Assembly: GCA_903838565.1 (NCBI GenBank)
Contig: CAILZB010000017.1
Span: 42,708-74,707, forward strand
Length of the DNA: 32,000 nt
Direction of reading: 5' to 3'
From: an uncultured beta proteobacterium
Lineage (GTDB): Bacteria; Pseudomonadota; Gammaproteobacteria; Burkholderiales; Burkholderiaceae_C
The position numbers and the translations under genes are program-made. The notes beneath the pieces were generated by a model. The model was not told where the DNA came from. It was given only the letters and a program-made list of their open reading frames with translations, and made no database searches. How positions within the stretch are numbered: the first letter of the stretch is position 1; every line of letters starts with the position of its first letter. Below are positions 18,991 through 27,357 of this stretch, piece after piece.

Positions 18991-21489
18991 ATGTTCACCC
19001 CCAACCCCTTACACCCCGGCCTGAGCAGTTCCGACGCCGCCGCGCGCCTGTTGCAATTCGGCGCGAATAGCCTGCATCCGGCACACACGCGCGCCATCTG
19101 GCTGCAGTTCCTGGTGCGCTTTCGCAGCCCCCTGGTGCTGGTGCTGTTGATTGCGGCCACGGTCTCGGCGCTGACCGGCGACTTGAGCAGTTCGCTCATC
19201 ATCGGCGTGATCGTGCTCATCAGCGTGACACTGGATTTCGTACAGGAGTACCGGGCCGAGCAGACCGCCGCGGCGCTCGCGGCGCAGGTGGCGGTGCTGG
19301 CCACCGTACTGCGCGATGGAAACCCGGTCGAACTGCCGGTGTCGCAACTGGTGCCGGGCGACGTGCTGATGCTGAGCGCGGGCTGTCTGATCCCTGCGGA
19401 CGCCAAGCTGATAGAAGCCCACGACTTCTTCGTGAACCAGGCGCAGCTCACAGGCGAGCCCTATCCGGTGGAAAAACGCGCCGTTGCTCAGACCTCCCCG
19501 GATGCGTGGGAGCTCGATGCCGATGACACCGTGTTCATGGGCAGCTCGGTGGTGAGCGGCAGTGCGCGCGCACAGATCGGCCGCACCGGCAGCGCCAGTG
19601 CCCTGGGGCAGATAGCGGACAGCCTGGCGCTGCAGGCCCCGCCCACGGCGTTCGAGATCGGCACGCGCCGCTTCGGCATGCTGATCATGCGCCTGACGCT
19701 GATGCTGGTGCTGTTCACGCTGCTGGTGAACCTGGCGTTTCATCGTGCGCTGATCGAATCCTTCCTGTTCGCCGTGGCCCTGGCCGTAGGACTCACGCCC
19801 GAACTGCTGCCCATGGTGGTGTCGGTGACACTGGCGCGCGGCGCGATGCGCATGGCCGCCCTGAAGGTTATCGTCAAGCGCCCATCGGCGATACAGGATA
19901 TGGGCGCCATGGACGTGCTGTGCACCGACAAGACCGGGACCCTGACCGAAGCGCGCATCCGCCTGGAGCGCCACGTCAATCCCGCAGGCGTGGAGAGCGC
20001 CGGGGTGCTGGAACTGGCCTATCTCAACAGCTTCTTTGAGACCGGCCTGAAAAGCCCGCTGGACGATGCGATCCTGGCACACGAAGAGATCGACGTTTCG
20101 GGCTGGCGCAAGATCGACGAGGTGCCTTTCGATTTCGAGCGCCGCCGCGTGTCCGTGCTGCTGGAGCGTCAGCGCGAAGGCGTGGCCACGCGGGTTCTGG
20201 TGGTCAAAGGTGCGCCCGAGGACGTGCTGCAGCTGTGCACCCGCTACGAGGACGAGTCGGGCCGGGAGCAGGATATGGACGAGGCCGCGCGTGTGCGCAT
20301 CAACGCCTTGTTCGATTCACTGGGACAGGAAGGTTTTCGGGTGCTGGGCATCGCCCGGCGCGAGGTGGCGGCGGACTATCCGCACGCGGTGCTGTCGGAC
20401 GAGAGCGCGCTGGTGTTCGCCGGTTTTGCGGGTTTCTTGGACCCACCCAAGGCGAGCGCGGCGCAGGCGCTGAACGCCCTGGCCGTCAGCGGCGTCACGG
20501 TGAAGATCGTCACTGGCGACAACGAGCAGGTGACGCGCCATGTCTGCGAGCAATTGGGCCGCACCGTCACCGGCGTGCTCACGGGGCGTGACATCGACGC
20601 GCTGAATGACGATGCGCTGCGCGTCCAGGTGGAGGGTGCGAACCTGTTCTGTCGCGTCAATCCGGCGCAAAAGAACCGCGTCATCCTGGCGCTCAAGGCG
20701 CGCGGCCATGTGGTCGGCTATCTGGGCGACGGAATCAACGACGCGCCCTCGCTGCATACGGCCGATATCGGCATTTCGGTGGCGGGCGCGGTGGACGTGG
20801 CCAAGCAGGCCGCCGCGATGATCCTGCTGGAGAGCGACCTGATGGTGCTGCACGCCGGCATCATCGAAGGTCGCCGCACCTTTGGCAACGTCATGAAGTA
20901 CATCATGATGGCCACCAGCTCCAACTTCGGCAACATGTTCAGCATGGCCGCAGCCACGCTGTTCCTGCCGTTCCTGCCGATGCTGCCGACGCAGATCCTG
21001 CTCAACAATCTGCTGTACGACGTCTCGGAAATCTCGCTGCCGCTGGACCATGTGGACGACGAGGATCTGGCGCGCCCGGCGCGCTGGGACATGGCCTTCA
21101 TCCGCAACTTCATGCTCACCATCGGACCCATCAGTTCGCTGTTTGATTTTCTCACCTTCTACCTGCTGATCAGCCTGTTCCACGCGCACCAGGGCCTGTT
21201 TCGCACCGGCTGGTTCGTGGAATCGCTGGCGACGCAGGTGCTGGTCATCTTTGTCATCCGGACCCGCCGCCTTCCCTGGCGCAGCCGCCCGAATCAATGG
21301 CTGGTTGCCACGTCCTTGAGCGCGGTGGCGGTGGCGATGCTGCTGTCCTATACGCCGCTGGCGCCCTACCTGGGTTTCGCGCCCTTGCCGGCGTCGTTTT
21401 TCGGTCTGCTGGCACTGTTGCTGGTGGTCTATCTGGCCATGGTTCAAGGGGCTAAACAATGGTTTTACGCACGCCAGATCAAAGTTTGA
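18991..21489 (+). CDS. mgtA: magnesium-translocating P-type ATPase (MgtA-like)
   Basis: Motifs are LTGEPYPVEK, TPELLPMVVS, CTDKTGTLTE and GDGINDAPSL. The MgtA-type segments LNSFFETGLKSPLDDAIL, SSNFGNMFSM and LLYDVSEISLPLDHVDDE match my memory of E. coli MgtA. Confidence 0.8.
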   Translation: MFTPNPLHPGLSSSDAAARLLQFGANSLHPAHTRAIWLQFLVRFRSPLVLVLLIAATVSALTGDLSSSLIIGVIVLISVTLDFVQEYRAEQTAAALAAQVAVLATVLRDGNPVELPVSQLVPGDVLMLSAGCLIPADAKLIEAHDFFVNQAQLTGEPYPVEKRAVAQTSPDAWELDADDTVFMGSSVVSGSARAQIGRTGSASALGQIADSLALQAPPTAFEIGTRRFGMLIMRLTLMLVLFTLLVNLAFHRALIESFLFAVALAVGLTPELLPMVVSVTLARGAMRMAALKVIVKRPSAIQDMGAMDVLCTDKTGTLTEARIRLERHVNPAGVESAGVLELAYLNSFFETGLKSPLDDAILAHEEIDVSGWRKIDEVPFDFERRRVSVLLERQREGVATRVLVVKGAPEDVLQLCTRYEDESGREQDMDEAARVRINALFDSLGQEGFRVLGIARREVAADYPHAVLSDESALVFAGFAGFLDPPKASAAQALNALAVSGVTVKIVTGDNEQVTRHVCEQLGRTVTGVLTGRDIDALNDDALRVQVEGANLFCRVNPAQKNRVILALKARGHVVGYLGDGINDAPSLHTADIGISVAGAVDVAKQAAAMILLESDLMVLHAGIIEGRRTFGNVMKYIMMATSSNFGNMFSMAAATLFLPFLPMLPTQILLNNLLYDVSEISLPLDHVDDEDLARPARWDMAFIRNFMLTIGPISSLFDFLTFYLLISLFHAHQGLFRTGWFVESLATQVLVIFVIRTRRLPWRSRPNQWLVATSLSAVAVAMLLSYTPLAPYLGFAPLPASFFGLLALLLVVYLAMVQGAKQWFYARQIKV

Positions 21490-24035
21490 CCGACTCGCAG
21501 GGACTGAGCTCGGCGCAGGCCGGCAAGCGCCTGCGTGAGGATGGCCCGAACGCGCTGGCCGGCGCAGCGCAGCGCACGCTGTTCACGATTGTCCTGGAGA
21601 CGGCTCAGGACCCGATGTTCCTGCTGCTGCTGGCTGCGGGTTGTCTCTATCTGCTGCTGGGTGATCTGCAGGAGGGTGTGGCGTTGCTGGTGTTCGTGCT
21701 GGTGGTGCTGGGACTCACGCTCTACCAGGAAGGCCGGACCGAGCGCGCCATTGCGGCGCTGCGGGATCTGAGCAGCCCGCGCGCCCTGGTGCTGCGCGAT
21801 GCCCAATGGCAGCGCATCGCCGGGAGCGACGTGGTGGTGGGCGATATCCTGATGCTGGCCGAGGGCGACCGCATTGCAGCCGATGCTGAGCTGTTGTCGG
21901 CGAATGGTCTTCAGGTGGACGAGTCGCTGCTCACCGGAGAGGCGGTGCCGGTGCGCAAATCCGCGGGCCGCGATGCCAGCACAGGCGCGCGACCCGGGGG
22001 CGACGATCTTGCGTTCGTGTACTCGGGAACGCTGGTGAGCCAGGGACAGGGAGTGGCCCGCGTCACAGCCACCGGCGCGCGCAGCGAAATCGGGCGCATC
22101 GGAGAGGCACTGCAGACGCTGCAGGTGGAGAAGTCGCCGCTGAAGGTCTTGACGGCGCAGCTGGTGCGCAGGCTGGCATGGGTGGCCCTGCTCACAAGCC
22201 TGGCGCTGGTCCTGGCCTACGGCTGGTTGCGCGGCGACTGGACCCAGGCCTGGTTGGCCGGCATTGCGCTGGCTATGTCGATGCTGCCGCAGGAGTTCAC
22301 CGTGGTGCTGACGGTGCTGCCGGCCCTGGGTGCGCTGCGCTTGTCGCGCGAGCAGGTGCTGACCCGACGCATCGCAGCCATCGAGACCCTGGGCGCGACC
22401 TCCGTGCTGTGCGTGGACAAGACCGGAACCCTGACGCAGAACCGTATGACCGTGGCGCAGTTGTATGCCGACGGCCAGCTCTGGAGCGTGGACTACGCAG
22501 TGCCCGACGCGCTGCCCGAGGACTTCCACACGCTGGTGGAATTTTCCATCCTGGCCAGCGAAAGCGACCCCTTTGATGCGATGGAAAAGGCCTTCCACCG
22601 CTTGGGCCAGCACTTTCTGGCCGACACCGAGCACCTGCACCGCGACTGGAAGCTGGTGCACGAATACGGGCTGACGAGTCAGCTGCGCGCCATGTCCCAC
22701 GTCTGGCGCGCCATCGACGGCACGGAACACGAGGTCGCTGCCAAGGGCTCGCCCGAGGCCATCATGGACCTGTGTCATCTGGACCAGGCGGCGCAGCAAC
22801 GCGTCAGTGCCGCCGCCGAGCGGATGGCGGCACAGGGACTGCGTGTGCTGGGCGTGGCCAGGGCGCGCTTTGCCGGAGACGACTGGCCGGCGATCGAGCA
22901 TGACTTCGAATTCGAGTTCGTCGGCCTGCTTGGTTTGGCCGATCCACTGCGCGCCGAAATCGCGCAGGCCGTGGTCGAATGCCAGCAGGCGGGCATCCGC
23001 GTCGTCATGATCACCGGCGACTACCCTGCCACCGCACGAGCGATTGCGCGCCAGGCGAAACTGAATGCCGACCAGGTTCTGAGCGGCGACGAACTCGACG
23101 CCATGAGCGACGATGCGCTGCGCCAGCGGCTGCAAGACGTGAGCGTGTGCGCGCGCATCGCACCCCAGCAGAAGCTGCGCATCGTGCAGGCTCTCAAGGA
23201 GGGAGGCGCCATCGTCGCCATGACCGGTGACGGCGTCAATGATGCGCCGGCGCTGAAGGCGGCGCATGTGGGCGTGGCCATGGGAGGCCGTGGCACCGAC
23301 GTGGCGCGCGAGGCGGCCGCGCTGGTGCTGCTGGACGACAACTTCACCTCCATCGTGCACGCCGTGCGGCTGGGCCGGCGCATTTACGACAACCTGCGCA
23401 AGTCCATGTCCTACATCATGGCCGTGCACCTGCCGATTGCCGGCGCAGCGCTGGTTCCCGTGCTGCTGGGCTGGCCGGTGCTGCTGTACCCGATCCACAT
23501 CGCGTTTCTGGAGCTCATCATCGACCCTGCCTGCTCCATGGTGTTCGAGGGCGAGCCGCCCGAGGGCGACGTGATGCTGCGGCCTCCGCGCGACCCGAGG
23601 GCGCCGTTGTTTGCCGGCCGAACCCTATGGCTGGCACTGCTGCAGGGACTGGGGGTGTTGGCGGTGCTGCTGGCTGCGGCGGCCTGGGGGCAGACCCGCC
23701 TGGATGAGTCGCAGCTTCGCGCCTTCGCCTTCACGATCCTGGTGCTGGGGAATCTGGGGCTGATGTTGGGCAACCTCACGCAGCGCGTGTTCACCCTGGC
23801 TGCGCTGCGCACGCGCAACCGGGCGCTCTGGCTCGTCTGCGCAGCCGCAACGGCGCTGCTGCTGCTGACCCTGTATCAGCCCTGGCTGGCAGGCCTGTTC
23901 CGCTTCGCCGCTCTGTCAGCGTCGGATCTGGCGCTGGCAGCGGCGCTGGGATTGGGGTCGGGGTTGGCGGTACAGGGGCTCAAGGCATGGAGCAAAGACG
24001 CAAGCCAAAAGCATCCACCTGAGCCCAGTCGGTGA
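21459..24035 (+). CDS. cation-transporting P-type ATPase (P2-type, Ca2+/cation pump-like; substrate not assignable)
   Basis: Motifs are LTGEAVPVRK, CVDKTGTLTQNRMTV, MITGDYPATARAIA and TGDGVNDAPALKAAHVGVAMG. The N-terminus is the typical GLSSAQAGKRLREDGPNAL. ATG 21459 overlaps the end of the mgtA-like gene by 31 nt. Confidence 0.8.
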   Translation: MVLRTPDQSLTDSQGLSSAQAGKRLREDGPNALAGAAQRTLFTIVLETAQDPMFLLLLAAGCLYLLLGDLQEGVALLVFVLVVLGLTLYQEGRTERAIAALRDLSSPRALVLRDAQWQRIAGSDVVVGDILMLAEGDRIAADAELLSANGLQVDESLLTGEAVPVRKSAGRDASTGARPGGDDLAFVYSGTLVSQGQGVARVTATGARSEIGRIGEALQTLQVEKSPLKVLTAQLVRRLAWVALLTSLALVLAYGWLRGDWTQAWLAGIALAMSMLPQEFTVVLTVLPALGALRLSREQVLTRRIAAIETLGATSVLCVDKTGTLTQNRMTVAQLYADGQLWSVDYAVPDALPEDFHTLVEFSILASESDPFDAMEKAFHRLGQHFLADTEHLHRDWKLVHEYGLTSQLRAMSHVWRAIDGTEHEVAAKGSPEAIMDLCHLDQAAQQRVSAAAERMAAQGLRVLGVARARFAGDDWPAIEHDFEFEFVGLLGLADPLRAEIAQAVVECQQAGIRVVMITGDYPATARAIARQAKLNADQVLSGDELDAMSDDALRQRLQDVSVCARIAPQQKLRIVQALKEGGAIVAMTGDGVNDAPALKAAHVGVAMGGRGTDVAREAAALVLLDDNFTSIVHAVRLGRRIYDNLRKSMSYIMAVHLPIAGAALVPVLLGWPVLLYPIHIAFLELIIDPACSMVFEGEPPEGDVMLRPPRDPRAPLFAGRTLWLALLQGLGVLAVLLAAAAWGQTRLDESQLRAFAFTILVLGNLGLMLGNLTQRVFTLAALRTRNRALWLVCAAATALLLLTLYQPWLAGLFRFAALSASDLALAAALGLGSGLAVQGLKAWSKDASQKHPPEPSR

Positions 24036-24510
24036 AGTCGATGACTGCCTTGGGGTCGGTCGGGCCATTTGTCATGCGCATGATCAGGCGGATCATGAAG
24101 CGGTCGACAAAGCGGTAGCTCGGGTAGTCCAGCCTGCCGGCAAACACTTCCAGCAGCTTGGGTTTCCAGCTGATCTGGCGCAGGAACTTGATCAGGTAGG
24201 GGTTGGTTTCGGGCCGGCTCTTTTCCGGCTTGCGCGCCACGATGTTGACCGTAAAGAAGGCGTTGCCTTTGCGCTCCAGCAGCGCCTGGTGGCGCTGGAT
24301 GAACTTTGCCACCTCGGGCTGATGCTTGCCATAGCGGATGCTGGCGCCAATCACGATGGTGTCGAAAGCCTCCAGGTCCAGCGTTTCGGACTGGGCCAGT
24401 GGCAGCACGGTGGTGAAGTGGCCTTGGCGCTGCGCCACCTGGCGCAGGCGTGCGCAGATGGTCCGGGTGTGGCCGTCGGTGCTGGAATAGGCGATCAGAA
24501 TGCGGCTCAT
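23980..24510 (-). CDS. hemG: menaquinone-dependent protoporphyrinogen IX dehydrogenase (flavodoxin-like HemG)
   Basis: ILIAYSSTDGHTRTI...VIGASIRYGKH...NIVARKPEKSRPETNPY...RFMIRLIMRMTNGPTD...DWAQV aligns by eye along the whole length with E. coli HemG. Confidence 0.85.
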   Translation of the reverse strand: MSRILIAYSSTDGHTRTICARLRQVAQRQGHFTTVLPLAQSETLDLEAFDTIVIGASIRYGKHQPEVAKFIQRHQALLERKGNAFFTVNIVARKPEKSRPETNPYLIKFLRQISWKPKLLEVFAGRLDYPSYRFVDRFMIRLIMRMTNGPTDPKAVIDFTDWAQVDAFGLRLCSMP

Positions 24511-24592
24511 GCGCGAATGGGTTCAATCATCGGTTGGCGCCGTGCGCCCTGTGATGGGGTTATGGTGGATGTCCGGTTGCCTGGCGCCGTTG

Positions 24593-24790
24593 TCACGAAG
24601 GAAGCTCGCCCCGCGCCATTGTAGAGGCCTGTTCAAAGGGCATGAATTCGATCCGGTCTGCCTCATCGTGAGCATCGCTCGCGGCGAGCTGAAGCTTGCG
24701 GTCGCAGTCCCGATCCGCATGGCGCTTCTTTTCCAGCATGATTTCAGACGCCCTGATCACCCACAGCCTCATGCACTCATTGCTCATCAT
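24593..24790 (-). CDS. small hypothetical protein (65 aa)
   Basis: A strong Shine-Dalgarno sequence is present (GTGGAGAACC directly before ATGATG). The composition is charged and non-repetitive. I recognise no family. Confidence 0.4.
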   Translation of the reverse strand: MMSNECMRLWVIRASEIMLEKKRHADRDCDRKLQLAASDAHDEADRIEFMPFEQASTMARGELPS

Positions 24791-24988
24791 GGTTCTCCAC
24801 GTCGCGTCATATTGGTCATTGAATTAATTTGCATTTTGCCAAGTAGTTGCCGAAATTTTTTTACCCGAATCAACTACTCTTCATGATGACAAGGAGTGTA
24901 GTGGCAAGCGAGGCAGGAAAGCGGGTTCTGTCGGACGTCGGGGAAAAACCAGAATCGGGTGCCAGACGCCGCACTTTTATTCCTGCCG

Positions 24989-25318
24989 TCACTCCCTGGC
25001 TCGCACCAGGCACTCGTCCAGTTTGGCGAAGTATTTCTTCGCCAGTGAGGTCGCTACAACATATTTGACACGATTGTCGATGGCGTCGATGTCGAGTTCG
25101 ATCAGGCCCTTGTCGCGCAAGGTCTTCAGCCGTCGATGCACGGTGCTGCCGGAAATATCGGGAACCATCTCCATCGCCTCCATCACCGTCACCTGCCGGC
25201 CCAAGGCCCAGGCGCTGGCGAAAGCGTTGAGAATCTGTTCCTCCACCGCGTCCATGGCGGGAAAGTTCGGCGTCGAGCGAATGGCCCGCACCAGATTGAT
25301 GAATTTTGTGTAAGACAC
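24989..25318 (-). CDS. winged-helix (MarR/DeoR-like wHTH) DNA-binding protein
   Basis: The segment TVMEAMEMVPDISGSTVHRRLKTLRDKGLIELDIDAIDNRVKYVVAT looks like HTH plus wing. It has a GTG start with no clear SD, so the start is uncertain. GC is intermediate. Confidence 0.55.
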   Translation of the reverse strand: MSYTKFINLVRAIRSTPNFPAMDAVEEQILNAFASAWALGRQVTVMEAMEMVPDISGSTVHRRLKTLRDKGLIELDIDAIDNRVKYVVATSLAKKYFAKLDECLVRARE

Positions 25319-25454
25319 GTTGATTTTGCTTTGACGATGGTTGTCTGAATCATAGACCAGATCGAAGTATTTGGCGTTTCACCGCCGCCCTTTGGCTGTC
25401 TCTGGTGGTCCGGCAGTCTCCGTCAGGATTCCCTCTGCCAGAACATCCGGGAAC

Positions 25455-25477
25455 TATTTCCCGTGGCATTTCTTGTA
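25455..25477. repeat. left copy of island-flanking direct repeat (candidate attL); remnant SEC-C terminal codons
   Basis: TATTTCCCGTGGCATTTCTTGTA compares with 31868-31889 TATTTCCGTGGCACTTCTTGTA (one indel, one mismatch). On the minus strand it ends an orphan 18-codon frame, MNQHSICTTWHYKKCHGK* (25510-25454). Confidence 0.6.
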
Positions 25478-25608
25478 GTGCCACGTAGTGCAAATGGAGT
25501 GTTGATTCATATAGGTTTTCCTGAGGAAAAATCAGTTGTAAAACATTTGCATAACATCGCCGCGGCGTTCCAAAAATACACTGCGGAACGCTGTGACGCC
25601 AAGTTTAC

Positions 25609-26055
25609 TCAGTGTGCAAACCCTTTGCGCAATGACACGCTTGCAACATCCATCGCAGCGTCAAGTTCGCCTGCATCAACTGCAACTTTGAGTTTGCCAA
25701 TCACGGTAATCAGTTCATCCAAGTCTGCAACTTCAATCGCCGTCATGCCCTTCGCATTCAGCGCCAAAGTTCGCGAACCATAACGCACCGTCAGAGCCAA
25801 CTTGCCGCTGTCAGTTGCAAACCACCATTCCTTCAAACGCTTTGCAACTTCGACCACTTCTTCCTCGCCGTTTGCGTTCACGACTGTGCTGATTTTGTTG
25901 ACAACATACAGCGTGCCGCTTTGATTGCCTTTTGCAATCGCAATCTGTTCATCCAGTTTCTTGCACAACTTTGCGCGGCGACTCTGAACTGGTGACAACT
26001 GCACTGTCTTCTTTGCAGTCGTGAATCTAAATGTGCTCAATATGCTTGTTGCCAT
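25609..26055 (-). CDS. hypothetical protein (148 aa)
   Basis: ATG 26055 is preceded by GGAAGGAAAGCAC, a good SD. The sequence is non-repetitive and looks like a soluble protein. I recognise no family. The listed ORF extends to ATG 26106. Confidence 0.55.
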   Translation of the reverse strand: MATSILSTFRFTTAKKTVQLSPVQSRRAKLCKKLDEQIAIAKGNQSGTLYVVNKISTVVNANGEEEVVEVAKRLKEWWFATDSGKLALTVRYGSRTLALNAKGMTAIEVADLDELITVIGKLKVAVDAGELDAAMDVASVSLRKGFAH

Positions 26056-26220
26056 GTGCTTTCCTTCCGATGTTCGTTTAAGCACATCCAATCCTATAGC
26101 CTTCATTCAAAAATGCGACCGATATTTGTCGGTCCAACAGATTTAACCGAAAAAGCCAAGAATCACCAAATACCGCATGCATTTTTATACGGCAATGTTT
26201 GATTCTGCATAAATATCTGT

Positions 26221-26544
26221 ATGAACAAAACTTACCGAGACACGAAGGACACCAAACAAACTGACGCGTGGATAAAGGACAGCGGCTTGAATGTGCGCAC
26301 ATTTACCACGGTTCGGATCGAGGTTGTGCGCGCACAGATGGCGGCGAAATCGCTGCTGACCGAGAAAGGGTCACAACTGGACGACGACTGCATCCAGTTG
26401 CTGCACGCGTTTCAACGCGCAGCAGCGAACGGCAAGAAGGTTTTGAAGATCACTGACGCGCAGTGCTACGCGGTGCTGAACCTGTTCGCCAAATCAAGTC
26501 GGCAACTGTTCAAGAAACACCGACATTCGCGCAAGAAACGGTAA
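26221..26544 (+). CDS. hypothetical protein (107 aa), basic C-terminal tail
   Basis: It is an ATG ORF with no clear SD. The middle part is plausibly helical and the tail is FKKHRHSRKKR. It is divergent from 25609-26055. Confidence 0.35.
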   Translation: MNKTYRDTKDTKQTDAWIKDSGLNVRTFTTVRIEVVRAQMAAKSLLTEKGSQLDDDCIQLLHAFQRAAANGKKVLKITDAQCYAVLNLFAKSSRQLFKKHRHSRKKR

Positions 26545-26789
26545 GATTTAGATAGCGATAGTCACGAAGATAAGCCACTTCCAAAAAGGGCAAAAACGCG
26601 GGTTGGAATATGACGGCTAATGACCCCGCACTTGCTGCAGATCGCTGTAAAGAGATGTAGCACATAAGTGAGCGCCGCAGAGTTGCTGCCATGCAAACCA
26701 ATGCAGAAGCAGATTGCAAGTTTTAATACGATCGTCTTGCGTCAAACTCATTTACAGTCGTGTGCGATGAACAAGGTTCTTTACACGCG

Positions 26790-26844
26790 AAGCGACGGTA
26801 ATGAATGTGCTTTTTTTTAAACGAAAAGCGCATAGCCGTCGCTT
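26790..26844. repeat. long imperfect hairpin / inverted repeat (AAGCGACGG ... CCGTCGCTT with inner ATG/CAT and GCTTTT/AAAAGC pairings)
   Basis: I paired it by hand. The outer stem is 9 bp (26790-26798 with 26836-26844), then 3 bp, then 6 bp. The loop is 9 nt, TTTTAAACG. Confidence 0.6.
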
Positions 26845-27357
26845 GCTCAAAACAATGGCACAACCCGAAGCCCAACATCCAACCTGGCTACGCAGATGAA
26901 GACGCAGAGGCGACCACAAAGCGTGCGAAACATTGCGCTTGAGCGAAGCGAGAAAAGCAATGTGACTGCACAAGCGAACGCAGTTCGCTTCCAAGCACTT
27001 AAAGATTGATGCAGCACATTTTGCACAAAGGGAAAATCTGACGCGTGCACGCAGCAGCGCGCCAGATCACGCGCAGGAACTGTCGTTTGCAGTTGCGCAG
27101 CACACGGCACCCAAAAGCAGCGCCGCAGCGCGTAGCGCGTTTTACGCTGCACGCGATCTGCGCCAGCAGTTTCGCGACGGTCACGATGTGCAGCACTAAA
27201 TACTGAACTAAAGAGAATACATAAACTGTGTGGTCTGCGCGGTAAGTTGTTGATCTTCAACAAATCAGCATTACACCGACAACTTGGCTGGTCTTTGCAA
27301 GTCGACATTCACCAAAGACGACGCCAGAATAACAAACATAAACATTGGAGAAACAAA

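Noticed and set aside
24511-25520. A tRNA or tmRNA gene as the island's integration target.
   Set aside because: I could not find a cloverleaf-compatible sequence or a conserved T-loop (GTTCGAATC-like) at either boundary (24.5-25.5 kb, 31.8-32.0 kb). The repeat instead coincides with the end of a protein gene. A tRNAscan/ARAGORN run would settle this.
25463-25783. 106-aa plus-strand ORF starting with GTG inside the left repeat.
   Set aside because: It overlaps the better-supported minus-strand gene 25609-26055, which has a strong SD. It starts within the att-like repeat, and its translation is low in complexity (Ala/Ser/Thr runs).
26847-27308. 153-aa minus-strand ORF spanning most of the ORF-poor region upstream of the short recombinase. 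Also the 26999-27196 (-), 26752-26994 (-) and 26510-26719 (-) ORFs.
   Set aside because: The translations are Cys/Arg/Leu-rich and look like nonsense. They have no SD and overlap each other and the hairpin/palindrome elements. I treat the region as non-coding or decayed.
26545-27357. Possible CRISPR array or tandem-repeat array in the ORF-poor region.
   Set aside because: The palindromes and hairpins differ in sequence and are irregularly spaced. There is no repeat-spacer periodicity and no cas genes in the window.
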